Source: Lama guanicoe
Lineage: Eukaryota
Length of the DNA: 64,000 nt
Reading direction: 5' to 3'
NCBI GenBank assembly: GCA_013239625.1
Contig: MU053379.1
Location: 132,490 to 196,489 of the forward strand
Shown: piece by piece, positions 1 through 12,120 of the stretch
Layout of the letters: each line of letters starts with the position of its first letter
Numbering within the stretch: the stretch's first letter is position 1
Made by a program: the position numbers and the translations under genes
The notes under the pieces: generated by a model
Databases searched by the model: none
What the model was told of the DNA's origin: nothing
Seen by the model: only the letters and a program-made list of their open reading frames with translations

Positions 1-260
1 GGGCTACTGGAGATGTTCGGCCACAAGCCCAGCTGACAGTCAGCCTTGACCACCCATCATCAGTGTCGGCAGCAGCGGCCGTGTGAATGAGTGAGGCTTC
101 AGAAGTTCCCAGCTTCCAGCCTTCGAGCTGCTCCAGGGGGTGATGTGGAGCAGCGATGAGCTGTCCCCATTGAACACTTCCCAAACTGCACACCCATGGG
201 CAAACCAAGTGTTGTTTTAAACCACTAAGCTTAGGAGAAGTTTGAGATGCAGCAACAGCT
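1..260 (+). mobile_element. MLT1-family (ERVL-MaLR) LTR, 3' part
   Basis: Typical MLT1 3' motifs: cccagctgacagtcagcc, gagtgaggcttcaga, gatgtggagcag..gagctgtcccc, tgttgttttaaaccactaagcttagg. Confidence 0.7.
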
Positions 261-769
261 TGCCCGCCTTTCCCACCTGTGAGTGTAATGTTTACAAGCA
301 TTGCTTAGATGTCACTCATGACAGAGGCTGTGCCTGCAGAGACAAGGTCTACCAGATGCATGGGCTGGCCCAAGTGGAGCCATGAAGGCCAAGTTCTGGG
401 TCTTAACCTAGCCTAATCTGCCATGAAGTCATTCCTCTTGGGAATGATTGGCAGAAATACTGGTCCAAGCCTTTTAATGGTCCTGGTTTTAGTTTCCCTG
501 TTTGAGAAAAAATGAAAGATGAAAGTCAAGGGGTATTTGATAGAAACCACCAACTGATCCCCCAAATCTGTTTTGCCCTTCCTCTAGTAGCAAGTTCCTA
601 AGTCTCAGCGGCACACAGACCCCTCAGAATAAAGACCCTGTTGCAGGATCTTGTGATGGCCCACCCCTCTCCCCTGGCCTCCGTCTAACCTCACTACAGC
701 TGTGGAGACAGGTCCACGTACTCGTCCTCTTCATTGTTTTCTCCTGAAGGCCATATTCATTTTTCTTCT

Positions 770-1860
770 CTTCCTTTTTAATTGAAATAAAAATGTATAT
801 AACCTAAAATTCACCCTTTTGACCATTTTAAAGTGTATAAGTAAGGATTTTTTAAGTATAGTCACAATGTTGTGCAACCATAATTCCTATCTAATTCCAA
901 AGGATATCAACATAAAAGAAACCCTGTGCTGCTTATTAAGCAGTAACTCTCCATTCTGCCCTGCCCCCAGCCTTTGGCAAATGCTAATCTACTTTATGTC
1001 TCTGTGGACTTGCTTATTCTGGACATTTTCTGTAAATAGAATTATATAACATGTAGCTCTTTTTTTTTTCTGGCTTTTCCACTTAGTATTTTCATGGTTC
1101 ATCCATCTTATAGCATATATTAGTATTTCTTTTATTGGCTGCCTAATATTCCATTATATGGATATACCACATTTTGTTTATCTATTGATTAGTTAATGGA
1201 CATTTATGTTGTTTCCACTTTGGGCCTATTATGAACAATGCTTGTATTCATGTGCAAATTTTTGTGGAATACATTTTCATTTCTCTTGGGTACAGACATA
1301 GGAGTGGAATTGCTGGGTCTTATAGTAATACTGTGATTAACTTTTTGAGAAAGAGCCAAAATGTTTTTCACAGTTAGCTGTATCAGTCTACTTTCCCAGC
1401 AGACACGTACCAAGTTCCAATTTCTCCTCGTCCCTTTCAACAGTTATTATAACTATTATTTTTGTATTTGTATGTGAAGGGACATTTCACTGCAGTTTTG
1501 ACTTGCATTTCCCTCATAACTAACAATGTTGAGCATCTTTTCATGTGCTTATCTGCCATTTGTATCTCTTTTTTGAGAAATGACGTTTCAAGCACTGTAC
1601 TTGGTTTTTAATTGAGTTGTTTGTCTTTTTGTAGGGGTTCTTCCTAGATTCCGGTTTCTGGATCCTTAGCAGATAAATAATTGGTACATTTTCTCCCATT
1701 ATGTAGGTTTTCTTTAAAGCTTTGTAGTAGTGTCTTCTGATGTATTAAAGTTTTCAATTTTAATGAGTCAAATATCTCTTTTCTTTGTGACTGCCTGTGC
1801 TTTGTTGTCATGCTTATGAAACTGTGACCTCATCCAGGGTCCTGAAGATTTATACCTGTT
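770..1860 (-). mobile_element. LINE-1 3' region (old L1M-type), antisense
   Basis: Antisense L1 hallmarks: ttcatccat..gcatatat, tattccatt..tggatataccacattttgtt, ggagtggaattgctgggtc, ttgcatttccct..gttgagcatcttttcatgtgctt. Confidence 0.85.
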
Positions 1861-2049
1861 TCTGTGATGACAAAACAGATATTTCATGTTGCATCTTAGG
1901 CATTTTACTGTGTGACAACCCTGCTCGCACCCAACGTCTGGACATTTAGATAAAGACCTGAGCTTAATTCCTACCGCAACTTCCCACTTTGTTTTCCCAG
2001 GGAAACTTTTAAAATAGATACTTAGAGTTATTTGATAAAGCCATTATCT

Positions 2050-2155
2050 TCTATGTGCTGCAAAACTTACTGACTTATTATGTTTATTGTGTACTCTGCT
2101 TCCCCCAGTAGAATGTAAGCTCCCCCAGGGGAGGGATTGCTGTCTGTTTTATTCT
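2050..2155 (+). mobile_element. L2 3'-end fragment
   Basis: cccccagtagaatgtaagctcccccagggaggga..tgtctgttttattc matches the L2 3' terminus motif. Confidence 0.6.
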
Positions 2156-2159
2156 AACT

Positions 2160-3080
2160 CTTAGCCATTTTAAGAAGATTGAAATTATACCAAATAGTTT
2201 TTTCTGGCTATAATGGCATGAAGGTAGAAATCAATAAAAGGAGGAAAGCTGGAAAATTCACAAATATGTGGAAATTAAAAAAAAAACGCTTCTGAACAAC
2301 CAATCGGTCAAAGATGAAATCAAAAGGGAAATTTAAATAGTCTTGAAATCAATGAAAATGGAAATGCAACACACCAAACCTACGAGATGCCACAAAAGTG
2401 GTTCTAAGAGGGAATTTTATAGCAATAAATGTTAAAATTAAGAAAAAGGAAGATCTCAAACAACCCAACTTTAAATCTCAAGGAACTAGAAAAAGAGGAA
2501 CAAATTAATTAAGCACAAAGTTAGCAGGAGGAAAAAAATATAACAAAGATCAGAGTAGAAATAAATGAAATAGAGATCTGAAAAACAACAGAAACTAAGA
2601 GCTGGTTTTTGAAAAGATTAGAAAAGGATAAACCTTTAGCTAGACTAACAAAGAAAAAAAGAGAGAAGACTGAAATAAATAAAATCATAAATGAAAGAAG
2701 AGACATTACAACTCATACCATGGAAATGCAAAGAATCATAAGAAACCCCTGTGAACAATTACAGGCTCCCACATTGGACAGCCTGGAAGAAATGGATAGA
2801 TTCCTAGAAACAAACAGCCTATCAAGCCTGCGTCAGGAGGAAATAGAAAATAGAAAAGCAGTAAAAAGGTTAAATAAAAAGTAAAAAGATTGAATCAGTA
2901 ATAAAAAACCTTCCGACAAAGACCAGCTCAGGACCAGATGATTTCACTGAGCCGTCTGTTTGAGTTCTACCAAACACTCAAAAGGAATTACTGCCAGCCC
3001 TTCTCAAATTCTTCCAAAAATTGAAGAGAAGGGAATACTCCCAAAGAGTGTTTTACAAAGAAAATACCAATAAAAAATGT
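2160..3080 (+). mobile_element. LINE-1 ORF2 fragment (degenerate, between endonuclease and RT domains)
   Basis: ORF 2609-2884 (DKPLARLTKKKREKTEINKIINERRDITT..LDSLEEMDRFLE) is recognisable L1 ORF2p; flanking frames contain stops and frameshifts. Confidence 0.92.
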
Positions 3081-4119
3081 AAGAGTAAACTAAATGCATA
3101 GCTTTCAGGAAGGGCAGGCAGGCGTAAGAGGACCGGGAGGTGGGGGGGTCTCCGGGGCAAGCCAGCTAACCCACGCGTTCTCTGAGTCTCCTCCCTTGCT
3201 CTCATCCCTGTTCTCAGCCTGTCTGCTTCGTCATTACTTCTCTGACTCTCCGTGTTCATGGCTCGTGGTGAAAATGTCAGGGCTTCAGAATTTACGCCCT
3301 GGGATCAAGTCTCCAGGGGGATTCGTGACATTGCTGCATTCCAGCTTCAGATTCTTACAAGAGAGACTATCTCACTGGCCCAGTTTGGCTTCACTGGGAA
3401 ACTGGAACCCAAACATCCATGGCTGTCCAGCTGGGGATGGTTATGGCTTTGCAGGCTGTAATCACAGCACACGCGGAGAACTGGAGAAACATTCCAAGGG
3501 GCAGCAGCGCATCCCTGCATATTACTCATGTGTCTGCATAATCAATATTGATGGCCCAGCTCAGCCTGGGCAACTTTCTATGCATTTTCCTGCAGTTTGC
3601 TTAGCTTATGGGTGATTTGTGGACTGCACAGTGATGAGAGAAGTCTGGTGATTTGTGGTTACAGCAAGGAAAGCTGTGTTTGCACATGTAAGCTGTGTCA
3701 ATACAAGGCAGAGAAAGGCATGATTTAAATGGTGTTATGGAGGTAATTTTAGCATCTATTGATGTACTGAAGCAAAAAAAACCTTTTGTCTTTAGAGGAT
3801 AAGGAAGAGATTAAGTATAGTTTTCAAAAATTGATTTTTATAAACTCTAAGGATTGAAGTTTGTTTTTATTGCCTTTATTTCAAGGTTGGGAGGATAGAA
3901 AAATTTAGAGGAGTTCCGAGGCATGAGAGAAAGTCAGTCCTATGTGAGAAAATATGACTCTTGAAGACTGTCTTAGAGACAAAGAAGAAATCCATTTATT
4001 ATGTATGTCATGAGTGGTTAACTCTAAGTGCAGGGGAAGGAAAGGAAGATTGCTGAAAAGTAAGAAGAAATAAATGAGGAGAGCGAGAAGCCTATTTGGC
4101 CCAATTTAGAAGAATGATG

Positions 4120-4740
4120 GGAAGGAAAAATCAATAGATTTTTTCCTCGACTTCATCTGGAAGGAAAGTAAAAGTAACTGCTGAAAATAGCCAGAAAGTT
4201 TTAAAAGAGAAAGAACATGAAGAATAGTGTGTTTCTCCTAATATAAAACAGGCTGGACAGCTACAAGAATTAAAGTCATGATGCATGAGTCCAAAACCTA
4301 ACTAAACAGACCAAGAAAGCAAAGTAATGAGCCCTGAAAGAGATCCTCGAATATTAAACGTTTTCGAAATAGGATAAAGGAAATATCACAAATCAACCAT
4401 GAAATGGTGTAAGGGGAAAGTTAGATCTGTGATTCATATGACAGGCTCAGATAACATTCAGCCAAAGGGAATGAATGGAAACAAAACAAAGGAAAGAAGT
4501 TAAGGCTTATCAGATGAGCTAGGAACAGAGTAGATGAAGCTTGGCTGAATTTGGATGGGAAATGACTTCCTTCTCTTCAAAGTAAGGGAAGACCTCACAA
4601 TTGCTCACTACATGTCTGGTGGGAAAGTAGAAGGATACAGCTGACTGTGAAAAACATTTGGGCTCTTTCTCAAAAAGTTAATCACAGTATTACTATAAGA
4701 CCCAGCAATTCCACCCCTATGTCTGTACCCAAGAGGTCAC
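4120..4740 (+). mobile_element. highly degraded ancient L1 (L1ME-like) fragments
   Basis: aatagccagaaagttttaaaagagaaagaac..gagccctgaaagagatcc and aaaaagttaatcacagtattactataagacccagcaattccacccctatgtctgtacccaagag resemble the L1 ORF2 3' region. Confidence 0.55.
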
Positions 4741-5773
4741 AAAGTGAGAGATGACTTTCACGGAAAGTAACTGTCTCCTAGGCAGGTCTGAACTGGCAGG
4801 GTCAGGACCATCAGGTTCTCAAAACTGTGTTTCTCACACTGCGATCAGGAGACCAGCTGATCTGAGATAATTGTTAAGGAAGAAAGAAAGGCAGGAAGGA
4901 AGCAAGGGATGGAGGGAGGGAGTGGGGGGGGCAATTATTTTTTAATTAAAAAGAAATTTAGATTCTATCTTAGACAAACTCTATTAAAATCTCTGGCAAT
5001 ACAGTTCAGGACTCCATATATTTTCACCCACAATTTAAACACAATATCAAAGTTTAAGAATTATTGACTTAAAAGAAGCACTGCTATGTAGACCAGAAGG
5101 AGAATGTTTTAACAGAGGTGCTAGAACGTTCTGTGGTCCCCCTCCTGTGGTGTCACAGGGGTGCCCACAGAAAGGTGCTGGTTTCTGGTCAAGGACAAGA
5201 CAGGGTCCCTGAGTCTGGCCCCTCCACCCACCCCTCACAGCCCCTGTCTTTCAGTCTGGGTTCAGGGCAGGCGGTTGGAATCGACAGGTAAAAGGGCAAA
5301 AGAGATCTTTCTAGACAGTGTCTGGAAGGATTTTCTATCACTTGGAGGAAAAGTAAATCACCCATAAGCTAAGCAAGTTATAAGAATGTTTCCCAGATTG
5401 AGCAGGATTGTCAATACTGTCTACGCAGACACCTCAGTAGTATGCAGAGATGTGCTGGTGCCCTTTGGAGCGTTTTCCAGTCTTTTAGTAAGTTCTATAT
5501 TAGATGTGCAAAAATTTTAAACGATGCAAATATTCTTACCTTTTTTTTGGAAAACAATGTTACTTTTTATAAAGATGTTATTTATGTTAATACACAATGG
5601 CTTTATTATTGCTATTTTAACACATAAAGAAATATTAAATTTTTGTTTTCAGTTTATAGTACTATAAATACTGATCCTCAATATTGGTCCTCAATAATTT
5701 TGGGATACAAAGTGGGTTCTACCAACAAAAGCCTTGAGAACTATTTTAGTGTGCAATTCAATACCACACGTCA

Positions 5774-5787
5774 CCAGCAGATGGCAC
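5774..5787 (+). promoter_or_regulatory. CTCF-like motif (duplicated at 7930-7943)
   Basis: CCAGCAGATGGCAC fits the CTCF core consensus CCASYAGRKGGCRS. Confidence 0.5.
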
Positions 5788-6034
5788 CAAGAACACAAGT
5801 TGCAGGTTCCCCTGCAAGGGCTTAAATTTGAGGTGTCAGGTCCTGCAACACACAGGTGATTTCCACCATTGACTTAAGGAGTCCAGACTTTAGTACCTGA
5901 GCTGATGGTGAGGAGGGAGACAATAAAGAGAGGAAGACCATCTTCAAGTCTTAATAAAGTCCCAGGAGAACGTGTGATCATTCCTTCCTAGGGAAGGAAA
6001 TAAGAAAACCAAAACAGAAGATGGTCCCAAAGTT

Positions 6035-6800
6035 GCAGAGGCGGGTGGGACAAGCACGTTTCAGGGGCACCACCTGCGTCGGCGAGCACTGCGCACCTGC
6101 GCCGGGTCTCAAGGCTGGAAAGCGTCTCTGGATTCCCAGGTGTTAAATGAGATCAGACTTTTGCCCGAAGGAAGTCCTTTCACTGCTCTGGTCGCACCTT
6201 ACACAAACAGAAAGATTTCCTGCTGTGAACATCAAGTTACTGTGACACGTGGCCCCGTTAGCCCTGACGTCATCCTCCACGAACTCGATCTCTCTCGCCA
6301 AATTCACGCAAGTAGTTCCCTGCGTGTGTAATTCACAGTCCTGTAGCTACAGTTTACCTGGAGATGCCAGTTCTCCAGGATTGTGAAAAAGTACAGGATA
6401 CTGTGTACATTCAGGTCGTTTGTTCCTTGGGACATCGGTTCTAAAACAGCCACACCCTTCCAAAGACGCAGTGCCCACCGCCTGGAAAATAACCACGATC
6501 ACCGTCGCTCACTCTGTAAGGTCTGCCGTCCTAATCGCCCAGCCCCGCGAGCAATGCTCTAAAACGCTGATGCTTGCCCTCCGTGTCCTGCCGTCGGAGC
6601 GCCCAGAGGTCAGCCACCCTCTGGCTGCCCGCTGCCCTGCAGTCCGCGCCGTGAGGCCGTCACGGTCCTGAGCTTCGGTTCTGGGGCAGAGCCGCGTCCT
6701 TCGCTGCCCTCTCTTCTCCGTTCCTGTTCTGCATCCGAGTCCCGCTCGCTGTGCTGGCTCAGGCTCACCGCTTTGTTCCTCCTGATCTTCATTTCTCTGC
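6035..6800. promoter_or_regulatory. CpG-enriched candidate regulatory element (duplicated at ~8190-8956)
   Basis: Local CpG excess, GC-box-like gaggcgggtggg (~6040), E-box CACGTG 6246-6251, full palindromic CRE TGACGTCA 6265-6272. Confidence 0.45.
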
Positions 6801-7386
6801 CTTCCTCAAGGAAATCCCTGAGACTTGTGCCAATTTAGTACCCCCGGCCTTGCTCCGGGAGACTCCTACCCACCACCGCCCTCCACCCACTGCCAGGCGA
6901 GAACAGGCAGTGGCTGCTGCTTCATCGGCAGAAGAGGAGCCTCATCTGGAGCCGGCATGTGCAGGAGAGGAGAGTTTAATTTCCTGTGCAGCTCATTGAT
7001 CACAGTTCTGTATTCCCTGCCTTCCAAAGAGCCGGGCAAACTTGACCATCAGTGCCCTAGCTGGTCCATATCCCAGATCGGATCTTAAAGACTGAGAGTT
7101 TCTGGAGGCTTAAGACTGTGGAGCCTTCTCAGCCTCCAGACTCCGGCTTCCCATCCTTCCCTGACTCCCAGTCCCTGTTTTGCCCCATGATGTACAAACC
7201 TCAATACATTCTTAGCGTTTTACCGGAAGCCCACCCACTCAAAGCACTGTGCACCTATGGGACATTTTAGGAGAGTTCAGAGAACACCATAGAAGCAGTG
7301 TTGCCATGGAGCCGAATCTGCGCCATTTCCCTTTGCCAGACCCCCCCTCCCTGGTCCCAGCCTTCCACCTTGCTGGCTCTTTTCTC

Positions 7387-9542
7387 ACCCTCACAGCCCC
7401 TGTCTTTCAGTCTGGGTTCAGGGCAGGCAGTTGGAATCGACAGGTAAAAGGGCAAAAGAGATCTTTCTAGACAGTGTCTGGAAGGATTTTCTATCACTTG
7501 GAGGAAAAGTAAATGACCCATAAACTAAGCAAATTATAAGGATGTTTCCCAGATTGAGCAGGATTGTCAATATTGTCTACGCAGACACCTCAGTAGTATG
7601 CAGAGATGTGCTGGTGCCCTTTGGAGCGTTTTCCAGTCTTTTAGTAAGTTCTATATTAGATGTGCAAAAATTTTAAACGATGCAAATATTCTTACCTTTT
7701 TTTTGGAAAACAATGTTACTTTTTATAAAGATGTTATTTATGTTAATACACAATGGCTTTATTATTGCTATTTTAACACATAAAGAAATATTAAATTTTT
7801 GTTTTCAGTTTATAGTACTATAAATACTGATCCTCAATATTGGTCCTCAATAATTTTGGGATACAAAGTGGGTTCTACCAACAAAAGCCTTGAGAACTAT
7901 TTTAGTGTGCAATTCAATACCACACGTCACCAGCAGATGGCACCAAGAACACAAGTTGCAGGTTCCCCTGCAAGGGCTTAAATTTGAGGTGTCAGGTCCT
8001 GCAACACACAGGTGATTTCCACCATTGACTTAAGGAGTCCAGACTTTAGTACCTGAGCTGATGGTGAGGAGGGAGACAATAAAGAGAGGAAGACCATCTT
8101 CAAGTCTTAATAAAGTCCCAGGAGAACGTGTGATCATTCCTTCCTAGGGAAGGAAATAAGAAAACCAAAACAGAAGATGGTCCCAAAGTTGCAGAGGCGG
8201 GTGGGACAAGCACGTTTCAGGGGCACCACCTGCGTCGGCGAGCACTGCGCACCTGCGCCGGGTCTCAAGGCTGGAAAGCGTCTCTGGATTCCCAGGTGTT
8301 AAATGAGATCAGACTTTTGCCCGAAGGAAGTCCTTTCACTGCTCTGGTCGCACCTTACACAAACAGAAAGATTTCCTGCTGTGAACATCAAGTTACTGTG
8401 ACACTTGGCCCCGTTAGCCCTGACGTCATCCTCCACGAACTCGATCTCTCTCGCCAAATTCACGCAAGTAGTTCCCTGCGTGTGTAATTCACAGTCCTGT
8501 AGCTACAGTTTACCTGGAGATGCCAGTTCTCCAGGATTGTGAAAAAGTACAGGATACTGTGTACATTCAGGTCGTTTGTTCCTTGGGACATCGGTTCTAA
8601 AACAGCCACACCCTTCCAAAGACGCAGTGCCCACCGCCTGGAAAATAACCACGATCACCGTCGCTCACTCTGTAAGGTCTGCCGTCCTAATCGCCCAGCC
8701 CCGCGAGCAATGCTCTAAAACGCTGATGCTTGCCCTCCGTGTCCTGCCGTCGGAGCGCCCAGAGGTCAGCCACCCTCTGGCTGCCCGCTGCCCTGCAGTC
8801 CGCGCCGTGAGGCCGTCACGGTCCTGAGCTTCGGTTCTGGGGCAGAGCCGCGTCCTTCGCTGCCCTCTCTTCTCCGTTCCTGTTCTGCATCCGAGTCCCG
8901 CTCGCTGTGCTGGCTCAGGCTCACCGCTTTGTTCCTCCTGATCTTCATTTCTCTGCCTTCCTCAAGGAAATCCCTGAGACTTGTGCCAATTTAGTACCCC
9001 CGGCCTTGCTCCGGGAGACTCCTACCCACCACCGCCCTCCACCCACTGCCAGGCGAGAACAGGCAGTGGCTGCTGCTTCATCGGCAGAAGAGGAGCCTCA
9101 TCTGGAGCCGGCATGTGCAGGAGAGGAGAGTTTAATTTCCTGTGCAGCTCATTGATCACAGTTCTGTATTCCCTGCCTTCCAAAGAGCCGGGCAAACTTG
9201 ACCATCAGTGCCCTAGCTGGTCCATATCCCAGATCGGATCTTAAAGACTGAGAGTTTCTGGAGGCTTAAGACTGTGGAGCCTTCTCAGCCTCCAGACTCC
9301 GGCTTCCCATCCTTCCCTGACTCCCAGTCCCTGTTTTGCCCCATGATGTACAAACCTCAATACATTCTTAGCGTTTTACCGGAAGCCCACCCACTCAAAG
9401 CACTGTGCACCTATGGGACATTTTAGGAGAGTTCAGAGAACACCATAGAAGCAGTGTTGCCATGGAGCCGAATCTGCGCCATTTCCCTTTGCCAGACCCC
9501 CCCTCCCTGGTCCCAGCCTTCCACCTTGCTGGCTCTTTTCTC
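7387..9542. repeat. tandem duplication A, copy 2
   Basis: Junction ..ggctcttttctc|accctcacagcccctg..; only 7 substitutions spotted versus copy 1. Confidence 0.97.
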
Positions 9543-9814
9543 CCCATCCTTCCTTTGCTCTCTTCTCTTTCCTCATCTCTCCCTTCTCTTCCTGGATCAT
9601 AAGTACTTTTCCTTCTTCAGGAAGAAAGGCTGCTTTTGCCTTCCCTTCCGCAGCTTGGCCCTGGGATGCGCCCCCTCATTCAAGGTCTCACCATCCAACC
9701 CAGTATATATCAGGCAACTTAAAAACAAAACAAGAGACGTTCTTTATGGCTAAATAATGGATGGCAATTTCTTGACCTCATTATTAGTTTAGCACACAGT
9801 TTCTTTTTATCTCA

Positions 9815-10380
9815 TTTTAAGTGTAGTGGATTTACAGTGTTAGTTTCAGATGTACAGCAAAGCAATTCAGTTATACATATACATACATGTATTTTCAGTT
9901 TATTTTCCATTATGGCTCATTACAAGAAATTGAATATAGCTCCCTGTGCTATAAGGTAGGTCCTTGTTGTTCATCTGTTTTATATATAGTAGTGTGTGTC
10001 TGTTAATCCCAAACTTCTAATCTATCCCTCCCCTTTCCTTCCTCTCAGTAACCATAGTTTGTTTTCAATGTCTGTGAGTCTATTTCTCATTTGTAATAAA
10101 ATTTTTTTTAGATTCTACATATAAGTGACATCATGTGATACTTGTCTTTCTCTGTCTGACTTACTTCACTTAGTATGATAATCTCTAGATCCATCCATGT
10201 TGCTGCAAATGGCATTATTTTATTCTTTTTATGACTAAGTAATATTCCATTGCATACATTCATATATTTTATATATATATATGTGCATTTTCTTTATCCA
10301 GTCATTTGTTGATGGGCATTTAGGCTGTTTCCATGTCTTGGCTACTGTAAATAGTGCTGCTATGAACATTGGGGCACACG
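9815..10380 (-). mobile_element. LINE-1 3' UTR (cetartiodactyl-type), antisense
   Basis: tgtacagcaaagcaattcagttatacat, tccctgtgctata, tctgtctgacttacttcacttagtatgataatctctagatccatccatgttgctgcaaatggc, gtaaatagtgctgctatgaacattgggg. Confidence 0.9.
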
Positions 10381-10689
10381 GTTTCTATGAAGTCAGGATT
10401 CCCTCACGTGCATGGTTAACTTGGGGGGTGACAGGGGAGGGAGGAAAGGCAAGAAGAGCAGAGCACTGACAAACGAAGGTGCTGGAATGCTCCTGTGCGA
10501 GTCTCTATGTGGATACATGCATTCTTTTCTCCTGGGAGTTGCCAAGCAGCAGAATGGCTGGGATGTATCTGAGACTAGGTTTAAATTAGAAAAAAAAAAT
10601 CGTCAAATTCTTCCAAAATGGTTGTAACCTTTTACATTTGCACCGGCTGTATACGTGTGAAGGATCTGGTTTTTCCAAGACCTGTATGT

Positions 10690-10970
10690 AAAAAATTACA
10701 AAGCAGTGCTGAGCAAAAATAAAGGAGCCAGATGTGTGTTCATGAGTCACAAGGCTGAAGAATGTTGAGAGGTTAATTTTCCCCAGACTGATGTACAGAT
10801 TCAATGCAGTATCGCTCAAAATCACAGCAGGCATTTTTTGGGGTAAAAATTGATAAGCTCATTCTAACATTCATACAGAAATGCGAAAGACCTAGGGCAG
10901 ACAAAATGACTTTGAGGAAGAACAGCAGAGCTGAGGGGATAACTTGACCTGATTTCAAGAAGTGTAATAA
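10690..10970 (+). mobile_element. old L1 ORF2 fragment
   Basis: tacagattcaatgcagtatcgctcaaaatcacagcaggcatttttt..aaattgataagctcattctaacattcata..gactttgaggaagaac..cctgatttcaaga. Confidence 0.7.
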
Positions 10971-11146
10971 ATCTGGGCCATGTTTTAAAATTCCGATGCC
11001 CAGTCCACGCTGCAGATGGATGAAACCTCGGCCTCTAAGGGTGGGGCCCAGCGGCCAGAGATTTTGAGGCTCCCAGTTAATTCCTCTGTGCAGCCCTCAA
11101 TGAAAATCCGTTTCAGAAGCTTCTTAGGCGAACATATCTTGTGAAA

Positions 11147-11160
11147 CCACTAGGGGGCAT
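11147..11160 (+). promoter_or_regulatory. CTCF motif
   Basis: CCACTAGGGGGCAT is a near-perfect CTCF core in unique sequence. Confidence 0.65.
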
Positions 11161-11819
11161 CCTAAGCTCATGGCTGCGGGGACTTGCGGGCATCTAACAG
11201 AGGATCACGCAGACATTCCGCAGCCGAAATTTTTTCAGATAATCAGATAATGTGGGGGAAAAGAGGAAAGAATAAAGAAAATAAGACTGATGCCCACTGC
11301 CTCTGAACCTTAAAAAATACGTTAAATATTTACCAAGCATGGGGCTTGAGAATGCCTTTATTGGTTTTTGGTTCTGTGTTGATGGTATCTTGGTATGAAA
11401 TGGAGCACATGCTACTTTGTAGATTCTAAGATGATCTTGGTGGCTAATGGAATTTTAGACTTAGCCTGGCATTTGGAACCTTATAAAATGGGGCCCTCGT
11501 TTACCCTCCTATGGGCTCCTAAGCTCGTCCAGGCCCCTACATAAACCCTGTCTCAGCCACACTGGTCTAGTCTAACCACCTTTTCCCCAAACTGCTCCCT
11601 CCAACCTCTGAGATCCCCAGACAGGAAACACTCAGGTCGTTGCTCCCCGGATGCCCTCTGGTTCTCTCCAGCCCTCGGGGACACTTCCCCTCAGGCTCTG
11701 TCACATCTCCTGCCGGGGCACTGGCTGGGAACTTACTGCAGGACAGCCCCTGTCATTCTGAAAGGCTTCATACCTCTTCTGATGGGCCATATGATAATGC
11801 TGTTGACTCCACCTCTTAA

Positions 11820-12120
11820 ATTATTTTTAATTTTAGTTTTTGAGTTGAAATATAGTCGGTTTACAATGTTGAGTAAGTTTCTGGTATACAGCATAGTGAT
11901 TCAGTTATACATATATATTCCTTTTCATATTCTTTTTCATTATAGGCTATTACAAGATATTGAATATATTTCCCTGTGCTATACAGTAGGACTTTGTTGT
12001 TTATCTATTTTATATATAGTAGTTAGTATCTGCAAATCTTGAACTCCCAAATTATCCCTTCCCACCCCCTTCCCCACCCCTGACTCTGTAACTATGTTTG
12101 TTTTGTATGTCTGTGAATCT
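11820..12120 (-). mobile_element. LINE-1 3'-end fragment, antisense
   Basis: ttgagttgaaatatagtcggtttacaatgttgagtaagtttctggtatacagcatagtgattcagttatac..tccctgtgctatacagtagg. Confidence 0.85.

Larger units (their letters stand above)
5231..7386. repeat. tandem duplication A, copy 1 (2156-bp unit)
   Basis: Sequence and ORF track recur at offset +2156 (5442/7598, 6420/8576, 7249/9405). Confidence 0.97.

Noticed and set aside
2609..2884. 91-aa ORF as a host gene
   Set aside because: It is a broken piece of L1 ORF2.
3094..3615. 173-aa ORF
   Set aside because: No recognisable domain or supported exon structure; starts at the edge of an L1 fragment.
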